DNA of 32,000 nucleotides from Bacillus subtilis subsp. subtilis str. 168 (GTDB lineage: Bacteria; Bacillota; Bacilli; Bacillales; Bacillaceae). The first letter of the stretch is position 1. Each line of letters starts with the position of its first letter. A program made the position numbers and the translations under genes. Below, piece by piece: positions 1 through 10,937 of the stretch. The notes beneath the pieces were generated by a model. The model was not told where the DNA came from. It did not search any database and saw only the letters and a program-made list of their open reading frames with translations. The stretch lies in NCBI RefSeq assembly GCF_000009045.1, contig NC_000964.3, forward strand, positions 3,330,001 through 3,362,000. Reading direction: 5' to 3'.

Positions 1-357
1 GCTCTGCAATCGGGGCATTTGTCAAGAAGCACCGCATTTATCCAGGTGTATCACGCCAAAGATGTGCCTGAGCTTCTGCGCTTGCTCCCAGTTGAGGATT
101 TGAAGAAATTTTACAACTCCACGCTTCAGAGCCTCGCTGAAAAACAGCAGGAGGATCAAAGCCTGCTTCATACGCTTTCCGTCTATTTAGAGACACACTG
201 CCAAATTTCAGAGACGGCAAAGCGTCTGTACGTTCATCGCAATACGGTCATATACCGCCTTGAAAAATGCGAAGAGCTTCTGGGGAAAAGCTTAAAAGAT
301 CCTGAAACAACGATGCGTTTGCGGCTTGCATTACGTATGCAGCGGCTGATCAGCTAA
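1..357 (+). CDS. pucR: Purine catabolism regulator PucR, C-terminal fragment (5' end outside the window)
   Basis: Frame 1 is open from base 1 to the TAA at 355-357. The tail (ISETAKRLYVHRNTVIYRLEKCEELLG) is a PucR/CdaR-type C-terminal helix-turn-helix. It lies directly upstream of pucJKLM. The TTG start at 19 in the ORF track is a window-edge artefact. Confidence 0.85.
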   Translation, partial: ALQSGHLSRSTAFIQVYHAKDVPELLRLLPVEDLKKFYNSTLQSLAEKQQEDQSLLHTLSVYLETHCQISETAKRLYVHRNTVIYRLEKCEELLGKSLKDPETTMRLRLALRMQRLIS

Positions 358-361
358 AGTT

Positions 362-378
362 TGTTACATTTTCTTACA
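362..378. promoter_or_regulatory. TnrA/GlnR-type box (TGTNA-N7-TNACA)
   Basis: TGTTA-CATTTTC-TTACA matches the 17-bp consensus at every specified position. It lies in the pucR-pucJ spacer. Confidence 0.55.
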
Positions 379-439
379 AAACGAATCGTTTTTCGTCACT
401 TTCAGCAATCACACCTGTCTTTTTCAGCTACTGTATCCA

Positions 440-468
440 ATGACACCCCTCGACCGGAACGATATTAT
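440..468 (+). promoter_or_regulatory. Candidate sigma-A promoter of pucJKLM
   Basis: -35 ATGACA (440-445), 17-nt spacer, -10 TATTAT (463-468), about 34 nt upstream of the pucJ GTG. Confidence 0.45.
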
Positions 469-501
469 GTTACTAAAGTTCACATACAGGGAGGGACTAT
501 A

Positions 502-1851
502 GTGAAAAAAAGATCGTTTAAGGTGTTTACACTTAGCCTGCAGCATGTGCTCGCCATGTATGCAGGTGCGATTTTGGTGCCCCTGCTTGTCGGCAGGGCG
601 CTGAATGTAACAACTGAACAGCTGTCCTACCTATTGGCGATTGACCTGTTAACATGCGGCGTCGCTACGCTTTTGCAAACCTTGCGCGGAACATACATCG
701 GCATCGGGCTTCCCGTCATGCTTGGCAGTTCATTTGTGGCCGTCACCCCAATGATTGCAATCGGCAGCAATTACGGCATTCACGCGATTTATGGTTCCAT
801 CATTGCGGCCGGTGTGTTCATCTTTTTGTTTGCGCGTTTTTTCGGCAAGCTGACTGTGTTATTTCCTCCTGTCGTAACAGGTACCGTTGTGACCTTGATC
901 GGCCTTTCACTTGTTCCGACAGGTGTGAAAAATATGGCTGGCGGCGAAAAAATAAACGGCAGCGCCAACCCCGAATACGGTTCGCTCGAAAACCTTCTTC
1001 TCTCTGTCGGTGTCCTTGTTCTGATCTTAGTCCTCAACCGCTTTCTCAAAGGATTTGCCCGAACACTGTCCGTTCTGATCGGCATCGCCGCCGGAACAGC
1101 GGCAGCAGCGATCATGGGCAAAGTCAGCTTTTCTTCTGTTACAGAAGCACCGTTCTTCCAAATCCCGAAGCCTTTTTACTTCGGAGCCCCTGCGTTTGAA
1201 ATCGGTCCGATCTTAACGATGCTGATCGTCGGAATCGTCATTATTGTGGAATCAACCGGCGTTTTTTACGCAATCGGAAAGATATGCGGCAGACCTTTAA
1301 CTGACAAAGATCTCGTCAAAGGCTATCGAGCGGAAGGAATCGCCATTCTCATCGGCGGGCTGTTCAATGCCTTTCCTTATAATACCTTTGCGCAAAACGC
1401 CGGCTTATTGCAGCTGACCAAAGTGAAAACAAGAAACATCGTCGTTACCGCAGGCTGTATCCTTGTCTGTCTCGGACTGATTCCGAAGATTGCCGCCCTT
1501 GCATCTGCCGTTCCTGCTGCTGTACTTGGCGGCGCGACCGTCGTCATGTTCGGCATGGTGATTGCCTCCGGCGTCAAAATGCTCAGCACAGCGGATCTCA
1601 AAAATCAATACCACCTCCTGACCATCGCATGCTCAATCGCACTCGGCATCGGCGCCAGCACGGCCCCCGGGATTTTTGCTGAATTCCCCGCTCCGATCCG
1701 GATTCTGGTCAGTGACGGCACCATCACCGGAAGCCTAACCGCCATCTTTTTGAATCTATTTTTCAGCTTGCGCGACAAAAAAGAATTAACAGCACAGCAA
1801 ACAGAACTTCCGGTATTAGAACATACACTCGCATTAGAAAAAGAGGTGTAA
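502..1851 (+). CDS. pucJ: Uric acid permease, NCS2 (xanthine/uracil permease) family
   Basis: The GTG at 502 is preceded by AGGGAGGG at good spacing, giving 449 aa. The 361 start in the ORF track has no SD. It has the NCS2 N-terminal signature QHVLAMYAGAILVPLLVG and is multi-TM throughout. Confidence 0.93.
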   Translation: MKKRSFKVFTLSLQHVLAMYAGAILVPLLVGRALNVTTEQLSYLLAIDLLTCGVATLLQTLRGTYIGIGLPVMLGSSFVAVTPMIAIGSNYGIHAIYGSIIAAGVFIFLFARFFGKLTVLFPPVVTGTVVTLIGLSLVPTGVKNMAGGEKINGSANPEYGSLENLLLSVGVLVLILVLNRFLKGFARTLSVLIGIAAGTAAAAIMGKVSFSSVTEAPFFQIPKPFYFGAPAFEIGPILTMLIVGIVIIVESTGVFYAIGKICGRPLTDKDLVKGYRAEGIAILIGGLFNAFPYNTFAQNAGLLQLTKVKTRNIVVTAGCILVCLGLIPKIAALASAVPAAVLGGATVVMFGMVIASGVKMLSTADLKNQYHLLTIACSIALGIGASTAPGIFAEFPAPIRILVSDGTITGSLTAIFLNLFFSLRDKKELTAQQTELPVLEHTLALEKEV

Positions 1852-1856
1852 AAAAG

Positions 1857-3149
1857 ATGAAGGAACAGCACAATGCCTTACAGCTAATGATGCTGGGGCT
1901 TCAGCACATGCTTGCCATGTATGCGGGAGCCATTCTCGTTCCGTTGATCGTCGGAGCAGCGATCGGGCTGAATGCGGGGCAGCTGACGTATTTAATCGCG
2001 ATTGATTTGTTTATGTGCGGGGCGGCAACTCTTTTGCAGCTCTGGAGAAACCGATATTTCGGCATCGGCCTTCCCGTTGTGCTCGGATGCACGTTTACCG
2101 CAGTCGGCCCGATGATTTCCATCGGAAGCACTTACGGTGTCCCAGCGATATATGGTGCCATTATCGCCGCAGGACTGATTGTCGTCTTAGCCGCGGGCTT
2201 CTTCGGGAAGCTTGTCCGTTTTTTTCCGCCTGTCGTAACCGGATCAGTCGTCATGATCATCGGCATCAGCCTGATTCCAACGGCAATGAATAACCTGGCC
2301 GGAGGTGAAGGAAGCAAAGAATTCGGCTCACTCGACAACGTGCTCCTCGGGTTTGGCGTCACAGCTTTTATCTTATTGCTGTTTTATTTCTTTAAAGGCT
2401 TTATCCGCTCCATAGCGATTTTACTCGGTCTTATCGCAGGAACAGCGGCTGCATATTTCATGGGAAAGGTCGATTTTTCTGAGGTTTTGGAGGCGTCTTG
2501 GCTTCATGTTCCGTCTCTGTTTTATTTCGGACCGCCAACCTTTGAGCTGCCGGCTGTTGTCACGATGCTTCTCGTTGCAATTGTCAGCCTCGTTGAATCG
2601 ACAGGCGTTTATTTTGCCCTCGCTGATATCACAAACCGCAGGCTGTCGGAGAAGGATCTGGAAAAAGGCTACCGGGCAGAAGGCCTTGCGATTTTGCTGG
2701 GCGGCTTATTTAACGCGTTTCCCTATACAGCTTTCTCGCAGAATGTCGGCATCGTTCAGCTCTCAAAGATGAAAAGTGTCAACGTCATCGCCATCACAGG
2801 AATCATACTGGTCGCGATCGGGCTGGTTCCAAAAGCAGCGGCCCTGACAACAGTGATCCCCACCCCAGTTCTCGGCGGCGCAATGATCGTCATGTTCGGC
2901 ATGGTCATTTCTTACGGGATCAAAATGCTATCCAGCGTTGACCTTGATTCGCAAGGCAACCTGCTGATTATCGCCTCTTCCGTCAGCTTGGGGCTTGGCG
3001 CTACAACAGTTCCCGCGTTGTTTTCATCTCTTTCGGGCGCGGCCTCTGTCTTGGCAGGAAGCGGAATTGTGATCGGCAGTTTGACGGCCATTGCACTGCA
3101 CGCTTTTTTTCAAACCAAACAGCCGAATAGCGCAGACATAAAAACGTAA
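1857..3149 (+). CDS. pucK: Uric acid permease paralogue, NCS2 family
   Basis: 430 aa with an ATG 5 nt after the pucJ stop and an AAAGAGG SD inside the pucJ 3' end. It is clearly paralogous to PucJ along its whole length (QHMLAMYAGAILVPLIVG, FPPVVTG, NAFPYT). Confidence 0.95.
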   Translation: MKEQHNALQLMMLGLQHMLAMYAGAILVPLIVGAAIGLNAGQLTYLIAIDLFMCGAATLLQLWRNRYFGIGLPVVLGCTFTAVGPMISIGSTYGVPAIYGAIIAAGLIVVLAAGFFGKLVRFFPPVVTGSVVMIIGISLIPTAMNNLAGGEGSKEFGSLDNVLLGFGVTAFILLLFYFFKGFIRSIAILLGLIAGTAAAYFMGKVDFSEVLEASWLHVPSLFYFGPPTFELPAVVTMLLVAIVSLVESTGVYFALADITNRRLSEKDLEKGYRAEGLAILLGGLFNAFPYTAFSQNVGIVQLSKMKSVNVIAITGIILVAIGLVPKAAALTTVIPTPVLGGAMIVMFGMVISYGIKMLSSVDLDSQGNLLIIASSVSLGLGATTVPALFSSLSGAASVLAGSGIVIGSLTAIALHAFFQTKQPNSADIKT

Positions 3150-3161
3150 AGGAAGATGCCA

Positions 3162-4990
<1,829 letters not shown>

Positions 4991-4994
4991 GAAG

Positions 4995-5025
4995 GAAGCC
5001 CGCCTCACCGGCGGGCTTCTTTTTG
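4995..5025 (+). terminator. Intrinsic terminator of pucJKLM
   Basis: GAAGCCCGCC (4995-5004) pairs with GGCGGGCTTC (5010-5019), with a 5-nt loop, followed by a T-run. Confidence 0.85.
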
Positions 5026-5413
5026 CACTTCAATTAACTTTTGATCCTAGGACAGTACTTGAAGTGATCCCCACACTTAGTGAAACAACAGCTAGAATAA
5101 ACATTCACCTATATTTTTCAGGATAATTGCCTACGAGAAAAATACCCTGTAGTCCTTTCATTTATAAATCGAGGTTTCAAACTAATAAGTCAGCTCTTAG
5201 CAGCCGAGCTCCCTTCTCCAATCCTATAAACAGACCGCGTTTTTTCTCGAAAAAATACTCTGAAGACAATTGCTGCGTTTTTAATAGTTTTGATAACGCG
5301 TTCTCTCTTACACCTTTAGACAAAATATTCATTTTTTCTTTTTTAGACTTAAATCTATGTCGAAAATAATCGTTGGCATATCTTATCCTATCTCCACTAA
5401 AGGAGGTGACATT

Positions 5414-5545
5414 ATGGGATTCTACAATTCTGGTGGATACAGTGGAAACTCTGGTTACTCAAACGGTTTCGGGAGCTCCTTCGCTTTGATCGTGGTGCTA
5501 TTCATTTTGTTGATCATTGTTGGAGCAGCTATCTTTAATTATTAA
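5414..5545 (+). CDS. Tiny Gly/Ser/Tyr-rich single-TM peptide, YjcZ-like family (43 aa)
   Basis: The ATG at 5414 is preceded by AAGGAGGTG with a 5-nt spacer. The product is MGFYNSGGYSGNSGYSNGFGSSFALIVVLFILLIIVGAAIFNY, i.e. a G/Y/S-rich head plus the FALIVVLFILLIIVGA helix typical of the Bacillus tiny-TM (YjcZ) sporulation peptide family. The upstream part of ORF 5357 has no SD. Confidence 0.7.
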   Translation: MGFYNSGGYSGNSGYSNGFGSSFALIVVLFILLIIVGAAIFNY

Positions 5546-5592
5546 GTTTAACTTTCCTTGCCTCCGCCGTATCCAACACCTCCCTGTCCGAC

Positions 5593-5624
5593 AGACGCCA
5601 TAAGAAGTTTTTATGGCGTCTTTG
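5593..5624 (+). terminator. Intrinsic terminator after the tiny-TM gene
   Basis: An 11-bp perfect stem, AGACGCCATAA (5593-5603) with TTATGGCGTCT (5611-5621), a 7-nt loop, then TTTG. The T-run is short. Confidence 0.6.
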
Positions 5625-5733
5625 CTATGTGTTCACTAATCTTTTTGTAATCCAGAAGCTGTCAAGTTCTACGAGATTTATCGTGTGTTTTCCCACAACG
5701 CTTCTGCGTCTTGATCGCGCTGTCTGACTGAGG

Positions 5734-5764
5734 CTAAAAAAGTCCGGCTTTTAAAAGCCGGACT
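5734..5764 (-). terminator. Intrinsic terminator of pucABCDE
   Basis: Palindrome AGTCCGGCTTTT/AAAAGCCGGACT (5741-5764) overlaps the pucE stop. On the minus strand it is followed by TTTTTT (complement of 5735-5740). Confidence 0.8.
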
Positions 5765-6272
5765 CCCGTCTACCCCCGTTCAACTCTCTTCTAATCCTGC
5801 AAGCTGACCGCATAATCCCGCCATACCCGGTACACCGGCACAAATTCCCCGCCAGCCCTTCTTCTATATCTTTGTCAGAAGGTTGAGGGGTTTCCCGAAA
5901 CAATGCTTTAAGCGCAATGATCATTCCCGGCGTACAGTAGCCGCATTGGAAGCCGCCTTCTTCCAGGAAAGCGGTTTGACACATATCCAGCTCTTCTTTT
6001 TGAAGCCCCTCGATGGTTGTGATGGAATGGCCGTCTGCTTGATAGGCCATCGTCATGCACGCATTGGCCAGTTTTCCGTCGATTAAAATAGAGCAGGCTC
6101 CGCAGCGGCCGATTCCGCAGGACACCTTTGTCCCGGTCAGCTGAAATTCCTTTCTAAGCAGGTCACTCAGATGTGTCGTAGGAACGGCAGCAACCTCCCA
6201 CGCCTGACCATTCACGGTCATCCGGAACTGTTCCTTTTTTACAGGAAATGGCCCGGCCTCTTTTATGTCCAT
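5751..6272 (-). CDS. pucE: Xanthine dehydrogenase [2Fe-2S] subunit
   Basis: 173 aa with the two ferredoxin-type cysteine clusters CGIGRCGAC and CGYCTPG...CRCTGY. SD AAAGGGG lies 8 nt upstream. It overlaps the pucD 3' end by 10 nt. Confidence 0.95.
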   Translation of the reverse strand: MDIKEAGPFPVKKEQFRMTVNGQAWEVAAVPTTHLSDLLRKEFQLTGTKVSCGIGRCGACSILIDGKLANACMTMAYQADGHSITTIEGLQKEELDMCQTAFLEEGGFQCGYCTPGMIIALKALFRETPQPSDKDIEEGLAGNLCRCTGYGGIMRSACRIRRELNGGRRESGF

Positions 6273-8500
6273 TGCTTCAGCCCCTTTCTGTCGATCGCTT
6301 CAAGCAACTCTTCTCTTGAAATTGGCAGCTTGTTTATCCAGCATCCGACCGCATCATGTACTGCCTTTACAATCGCCGGAGTGATGGCGATTGTTCCGAT
6401 TTCACCAACACCGCGCGGTCCATATACGTCTCCCTTCATTAAGTCTTCTATTGCAATCAGCTTCATGTCAGGAACATCTTTGATTCCGGGAATCAAATAG
6501 TGATCGAGATTTTCCGCAGCATAACGGCCATCCGTCATTTTCGCTTCCTCCATCAGTGTGTAGCCGAGTGCCATGGCAGCGCCGCCTTCAATTTGACCTC
6601 GATATCCCTGCGGACTGACAACCGGACCTGCCGCAATAGCGTGCTCACAATCTATCAATTTGACATCGCCTGTTAACAGATCTACCTCCACCTCAACGGC
6701 AGCCGCTCCAAATGAGTAGAGGAAATGGCCGCCCACCACAGGATCAGGCGTTGTTGGAAAGTCAAAGGCCGTTTCCTCTGCCAAAGGGCCTTTTTCAGCC
6801 AGCTCCTTATACGTCACCACGAGCGCCTTTGTGTTTTTGTCACGCAAGCCTGCAGCGCCGGGAATAAGATTTTCCGCTGAACAGCCGCTCCATTCTGCCG
6901 CCCGTTTTTTCAACTGAGCTAGAAACGGCTTCTTCAAACGCTGGATCGCGTGCCACACCATGCTTGTGCCGCGGGATGCTGTGGAGGAGCCTGACTTCGG
7001 CACTTTTGCGGTATCCCCAATAACAATGGAAATATCCTCTGCGGCACAACCCAGCTCCTCCATGACAATCTGTTCAATCGCTGCTAGAATCCCCTGTCCG
7101 CATTCTTCAAATCCAAACGAAGCAGTGATTTTGCCTTCACTCGAAAGAGACAAACGGCCTCCTGCCGCATCCATTCGGCCAAACCCCAGCCCGCCGCCGT
7201 GCATTGTAATTGCCGCTCCCGTGCCTCTTTGCAGATACCCGCAGTTCCGGCTTGTTTTTTTAAGAATGGGAGATTTAGATATGGCATTCAACACCTGTGC
7301 CGCTCCGTCAGTTGGTGCAATTCGATGCTCAAGCGGCCCCAAGTCATGCGGTTTTCTGATATTTTTTCTTCTCAGCTCGAGCGGGTCGATGCCAAGCATG
7401 CCGCTGAGACGATCGAGATGGGTTTCGAGTGCAAATGTGATTTGGTTGCCGCCAAAGCCCCGAAATTCCCCCGCCACCCCGTTGTTCGTAAATACTGATA
7501 TTCCTTCAGTCCGGATATTCGGAATACGGTACGGCCCCGCGGCATGCTCGACAGAAAAATCAAGAACAGCCGGTCCGAGCGTAGCGTAAGCGCCTGTGTC
7601 CGCCACAATTTTCACGTCGTGCGCCAATAGATTTCCCGAATGATCTGCACCCGTTTTTATCGTAATCTTCATCGGATGGCGCTTAATGCCAGAACGTACA
7701 GATTCCTTTCGTGTCTGATGAATTTTGACAGGGCGTCCGCTTTTCAGGGCCAAAAGCGCAGCATACGGCTGAATATTCAGCTCATCCTTCCCTCCGAACG
7801 AGCCGCCCATCGGACTTGACACAATTCTGATCTTCTCTTCAGGAATATCAAAAATACGGGCAAGCTGGAAACGGTCTTTATAGCCGTGCTGGGTTCCTGC
7901 ATACATCGTAAAACCCCCGTCGTCTTCCGGAACGGCTACACCTCCCTCCGTTTCCATATACGTATGCATCTGCCGCGGCAGCTCATAGGTTTCTTCAAAG
8001 ACTGTGTCAGATGCTTGAAACCCTTCTTCCACATCACCGTTTGAAAAAAATGCGCGGTGCAGGATATTCCCGTCCTCATGCAGTCTTTGCGCATTCGGCC
8101 GAAGCGCTTTTTCTGGTGAATCCATGACTTCCAGCTCTTTATACTCAACTTGAATCAGCTCCAGCGCCGCTTCCGCGATTTCTTCCGTTTCCGCAGCAAC
8201 TGCGGCGATCGCATCCCCGACATACCGCACCCTGTCCTCACATAAAACCGGCTGATCAGGGATGACAATGCCAAATCGGTTTAAGCCGGGAACGTCTTTA
8301 TGTGTGACGACGGCCTGCACGCCTTCCATTTTCTCAGCTTTTATGGTGCAAACCGACACAATCTCTGCATGAGGATAAGCACTTCTCAGCACCTTGCCAT
8401 ACAGCATTCCTGGAAAGCTGAGATCGGTCATATATTTCAATTCCCCTGTGACCTTACCCCTTCCATCCGGCCTGACTCTTGACGGTTTGTTGATGATCAT
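6263..8500 (-). CDS. pucD: Xanthine dehydrogenase molybdopterin-binding large subunit
   Basis: 745 aa of the aldehyde oxidase/xanthine dehydrogenase a/b-hammerhead plus Mo-cofactor domain family. The ATG directly abuts the pucC stop (8501-8503). Confidence 0.95.
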   Translation of the reverse strand: MIINKPSRVRPDGRGKVTGELKYMTDLSFPGMLYGKVLRSAYPHAEIVSVCTIKAEKMEGVQAVVTHKDVPGLNRFGIVIPDQPVLCEDRVRYVGDAIAAVAAETEEIAEAALELIQVEYKELEVMDSPEKALRPNAQRLHEDGNILHRAFFSNGDVEEGFQASDTVFEETYELPRQMHTYMETEGGVAVPEDDGGFTMYAGTQHGYKDRFQLARIFDIPEEKIRIVSSPMGGSFGGKDELNIQPYAALLALKSGRPVKIHQTRKESVRSGIKRHPMKITIKTGADHSGNLLAHDVKIVADTGAYATLGPAVLDFSVEHAAGPYRIPNIRTEGISVFTNNGVAGEFRGFGGNQITFALETHLDRLSGMLGIDPLELRRKNIRKPHDLGPLEHRIAPTDGAAQVLNAISKSPILKKTSRNCGYLQRGTGAAITMHGGGLGFGRMDAAGGRLSLSSEGKITASFGFEECGQGILAAIEQIVMEELGCAAEDISIVIGDTAKVPKSGSSTASRGTSMVWHAIQRLKKPFLAQLKKRAAEWSGCSAENLIPGAAGLRDKNTKALVVTYKELAEKGPLAEETAFDFPTTPDPVVGGHFLYSFGAAAVEVEVDLLTGDVKLIDCEHAIAAGPVVSPQGYRGQIEGGAAMALGYTLMEEAKMTDGRYAAENLDHYLIPGIKDVPDMKLIAIEDLMKGDVYGPRGVGEIGTIAITPAIVKAVHDAVGCWINKLPISREELLEAIDRKGLKQWT

Positions 8501-9334
8501 TTATTCCCCTCCCTCAGCCATCAGCTCTGCCATGATGACGTTGGCAGCGGCTTTTTTTCTGTATGCCGCTGACATAAAAACATCTGAGGAAAACGGCAGC
8601 TCATGGATAAGTGTTTTGTACAGCTCATGCGGGTCCCACCCTGGTGCCATCCATTTCGCTTCGCTGTCCAATAATCTCCTAGGAGTGATATCGGCATGGC
8701 CAGCGGCGAGGCGAATGCTGCCGTCTTTCAAAAAACGTCCAGCTGCAACAGCAGCCGCTCCGGTAAAAGCCTGGCGCCTTCCAAGCTTGTGATAAAATAC
8801 ACGCTCTCCCTCCGCCCGCGGGATGATGACACGCGTGACGATAGCCGTTCTAAAGTCTTCCTCACTGAGCCAAGCGCCAAGCGGCAGCCTGATTAGCTCC
8901 TTTTGATATACGATAAGCTCAGCACCAAGCACAAGCAGAAGCGGAATGAAATCACCGATTTTACTCGCTATGTTGCCGCCAATCGTGGCACGGCTGCGAA
9001 TCCCCGGTGCAGCGACAGCGGAAGCAGCGTCACTGAAACAGCTAAGCGCTCTCTTAATCAAAGGGTTCTTTCTGCATTCATTCAGTGATGTGAGCCCCCC
9101 GATCGACACGTGGGTGTCACTGGTGCTGATCCCTCGCATTTCGTCAATCCCTTCAAGGCTGACAAGGTGCTGTTTCGGTAGAGTTCCTTTGTCCCACTGA
9201 AGCTGAAGGAGCGTGCTTCCCGATGCGGCACACACATCCGGAGCAAGCTTCTCTAAAAGCGAATAGGCCTCATCAAGCGCTGCCGGTCTCCATAATTGAA
9301 TATTCATCCTTGCTTTTGTCACTTGGCCGTTCAA
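8501..9334 (-). CDS. pucC: Xanthine dehydrogenase FAD-binding subunit
   Basis: 277 aa, CO dehydrogenase flavoprotein-like (PCMH-type FAD-binding). TTG start with AAGGAGGG 8 nt upstream. It overlaps the pucB stop (TTGA). Confidence 0.93.
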
Positions 9335-9948
9335 GACATCGCCCTCCTTACCATGTCATATTCCTCGGGTGTATCAATATCGTCCAACTCACCGCTATCC
9401 TTTGCCTCCAAAACCGCTCCTGCTCCAAGCTGTCCGCTTTTCAGGAGCCTGCGAGCCCCTTCATCTCCCTTTAATCCCTTTACATAAGGAAAACATGTCG
9501 ACGAGAAGTAGATTGGCGGGGTGAACGCCCCTAAAAACGATGACACGGCAAATGACTCAGGAGCCAGAGCCACAAGGGCATTGAGATGATCGACGGAAAG
9601 CTGAGGCTGGTCGGCTAACAAAATGACAATGCCGTCCGCCCCCATGCTTTCTGCTTTTCTCACCCCGCTGCTGACTGAATGCCCCTGACCCTTTTCTGCG
9701 TCTTGGCAAACGTGCAGGCTCCAGCGTTTTTGAAAAGGCGGAGCGTGATACGGCGCTCCTATCCACTCAAGGGAGGCATGTTCTGTCCGCTCGACGACCA
9801 GCACGTGATCAAGGCGGGACGACAGAGCAGTTTTCAAGGAAAGTGAGCCTATGTTTTCTCCTTTTAGCGGCAAAGCCAGCTTGTTTTGTCCCATTCTTCT
9901 GCTTTTGCCGGCAGCGAGAAACACGCCGATCAGATAGGGGCTTCTCAT
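9331..9948 (-). CDS. pucB: MobA-like nucleotidyltransferase (molybdenum cofactor cytidylyl/guanylyl transferase)
   Basis: 205 aa with the N-terminal [10 protein letters not shown] nucleotide-binding motif of the MobA/MocA family. ATGA overlap with the pucA stop. Confidence 0.9.
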
Positions 9949-10937
9949 ACAACCGCCACCCGTTTTCTTGTTTGAATGATTTCTGCAACTACACTTACCG
10001 CAATTTCCTCGGGACCTTCCGCACCGATTTTCAGCCCGACCGGACTGTAAAAGTGAGACGGAGGATGTTTTCCGCTCAGCAGCCGTTTCGTGCGGTTTGC
10101 CGAACCCAACAGTCCAATATAATGGAGGTTTTGAGAAAATAAGAAGTTGATGATCGTTTGATCGTGCTGATAATGATGGGTTGCCACAACAGCTGCATCA
10201 TGCGGAAAAAATTGAAATTCGCTAAGCATTTGTTCCGGAAAAGCGGTGATCAGCTGATCCGCTTTTGGAAAAAGAGAGGATGTACAATAAGCGGGCCGCC
10301 AATCCGTCACGATAACAGAAAACCCTGTGTCAGCCGCCAAATTGGCCAGCGGTACATTATCCGGTCCCGCCCCAAACAGAATGAGACGCGGCTTCGGTTC
10401 AATTCGCTGAATAAACATGTTAGTGGTTTGATCGAAATGCGGTAAATGAAGCGTTGAAACAGTACGTTGAATATCTTGCAGAGGCGCGTCCGGCCAGTTC
10501 CCAAAATGTCCGTTCTCCGTCAGAAATAAATAATGGGAGGATTCAATCTTTATAACGGAAGTGACAGCTTTGCCTGAATGAAGGCAGTCCCTCACTTTCT
10601 CATAGTGCCGCCTTTTTTCCTGAGTGATTCGCTCTGCATGAACATGAATAATGCCATTGCACCCGGCTCCCATGCCCCAAGAAAGATCGTCCTCCGACCG
10701 CATGTCGTAGGGAATCAGCGTTGATGTGAGCTGATCGCCCAGCGCACTGATTCTTTGGAATACATCTTCTTCCACACACCCGCCGCTCAGCAAGCCAATC
10801 CGTCTGCCTTTTTTCTTAAAGAGCATAGAGGCGCCTGCTTTTCGATACGCGGAGCCTTCAACTTGAACAATTGTCGCCAGTACAGCCTCCTCCTGGTCTT
10901 CCAGGAGCGCATCTAACATCGTGTGAAAATTCCCCAA
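9945..10937 (-). CDS. pucA: XdhC/CoxI-family xanthine dehydrogenase maturation factor
   Basis: 330 aa with an XdhC N-terminal domain plus a Rossmann-like C-terminal domain (LILFGAGPD). TTG start with AGGAGGA 7 nt upstream. Confidence 0.9.
   Translation of the reverse strand: MGNFHTMLDALLEDQEEAVLATIVQVEGSAYRKAGASMLFKKKGRRIGLLSGGCVEEDVFQRISALGDQLTSTLIPYDMRSEDDLSWGMGAGCNGIIHVHAERITQEKRRHYEKVRDCLHSGKAVTSVIKIESSHYLFLTENGHFGNWPDAPLQDIQRTVSTLHLPHFDQTTNMFIQRIEPKPRLILFGAGPDNVPLANLAADTGFSVIVTDWRPAYCTSSLFPKADQLITAFPEQMLSEFQFFPHDAAVVATHHYQHDQTIINFLFSQNLHYIGLLGSANRTKRLLSGKHPPSHFYSPVGLKIGAEGPEEIAVSVVAEIIQTRKRVAVV

Noticed and set aside
361-501. The 47-codon N-terminal extension of pucJ in the ORF track (start at 361)
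   Set aside because: It has no SD and it runs through the TnrA box and the candidate promoter. The GTG at 502 has a strong AGGGAGGG SD and gives a typical NCS2 N-terminus.
380-501. A possible purine riboswitch in the pucJ leader
   Set aside because: The predicted 5' UTR is only about 30 nt, and I see no P1/P2/P3 three-way-junction arrangement or conserved purine-riboswitch loop sequences. puc genes are known to be protein-regulated (PucR, TnrA).
5030-5104. A 24-codon hydrophobic minus-strand ORF (MFILAVVSLSVGITSSTVLGSKVN), considered as a possible type I toxin-like peptide
   Set aside because: The only SD-like sequence (AGGTGA) directly abuts the ATG, which is non-functional spacing in Bacillus. 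There is no flanking antisense-RNA-like terminator pair, and the peptide lacks the charged C-terminal tail typical of such toxins.
5127-5369. The 80-aa plus-strand ORF in the pucM-to-tiny-gene spacer
   Set aside because: It has no SD, it is an AT-rich low-complexity translation, and it ends inside the promoter region of the tiny-TM gene.
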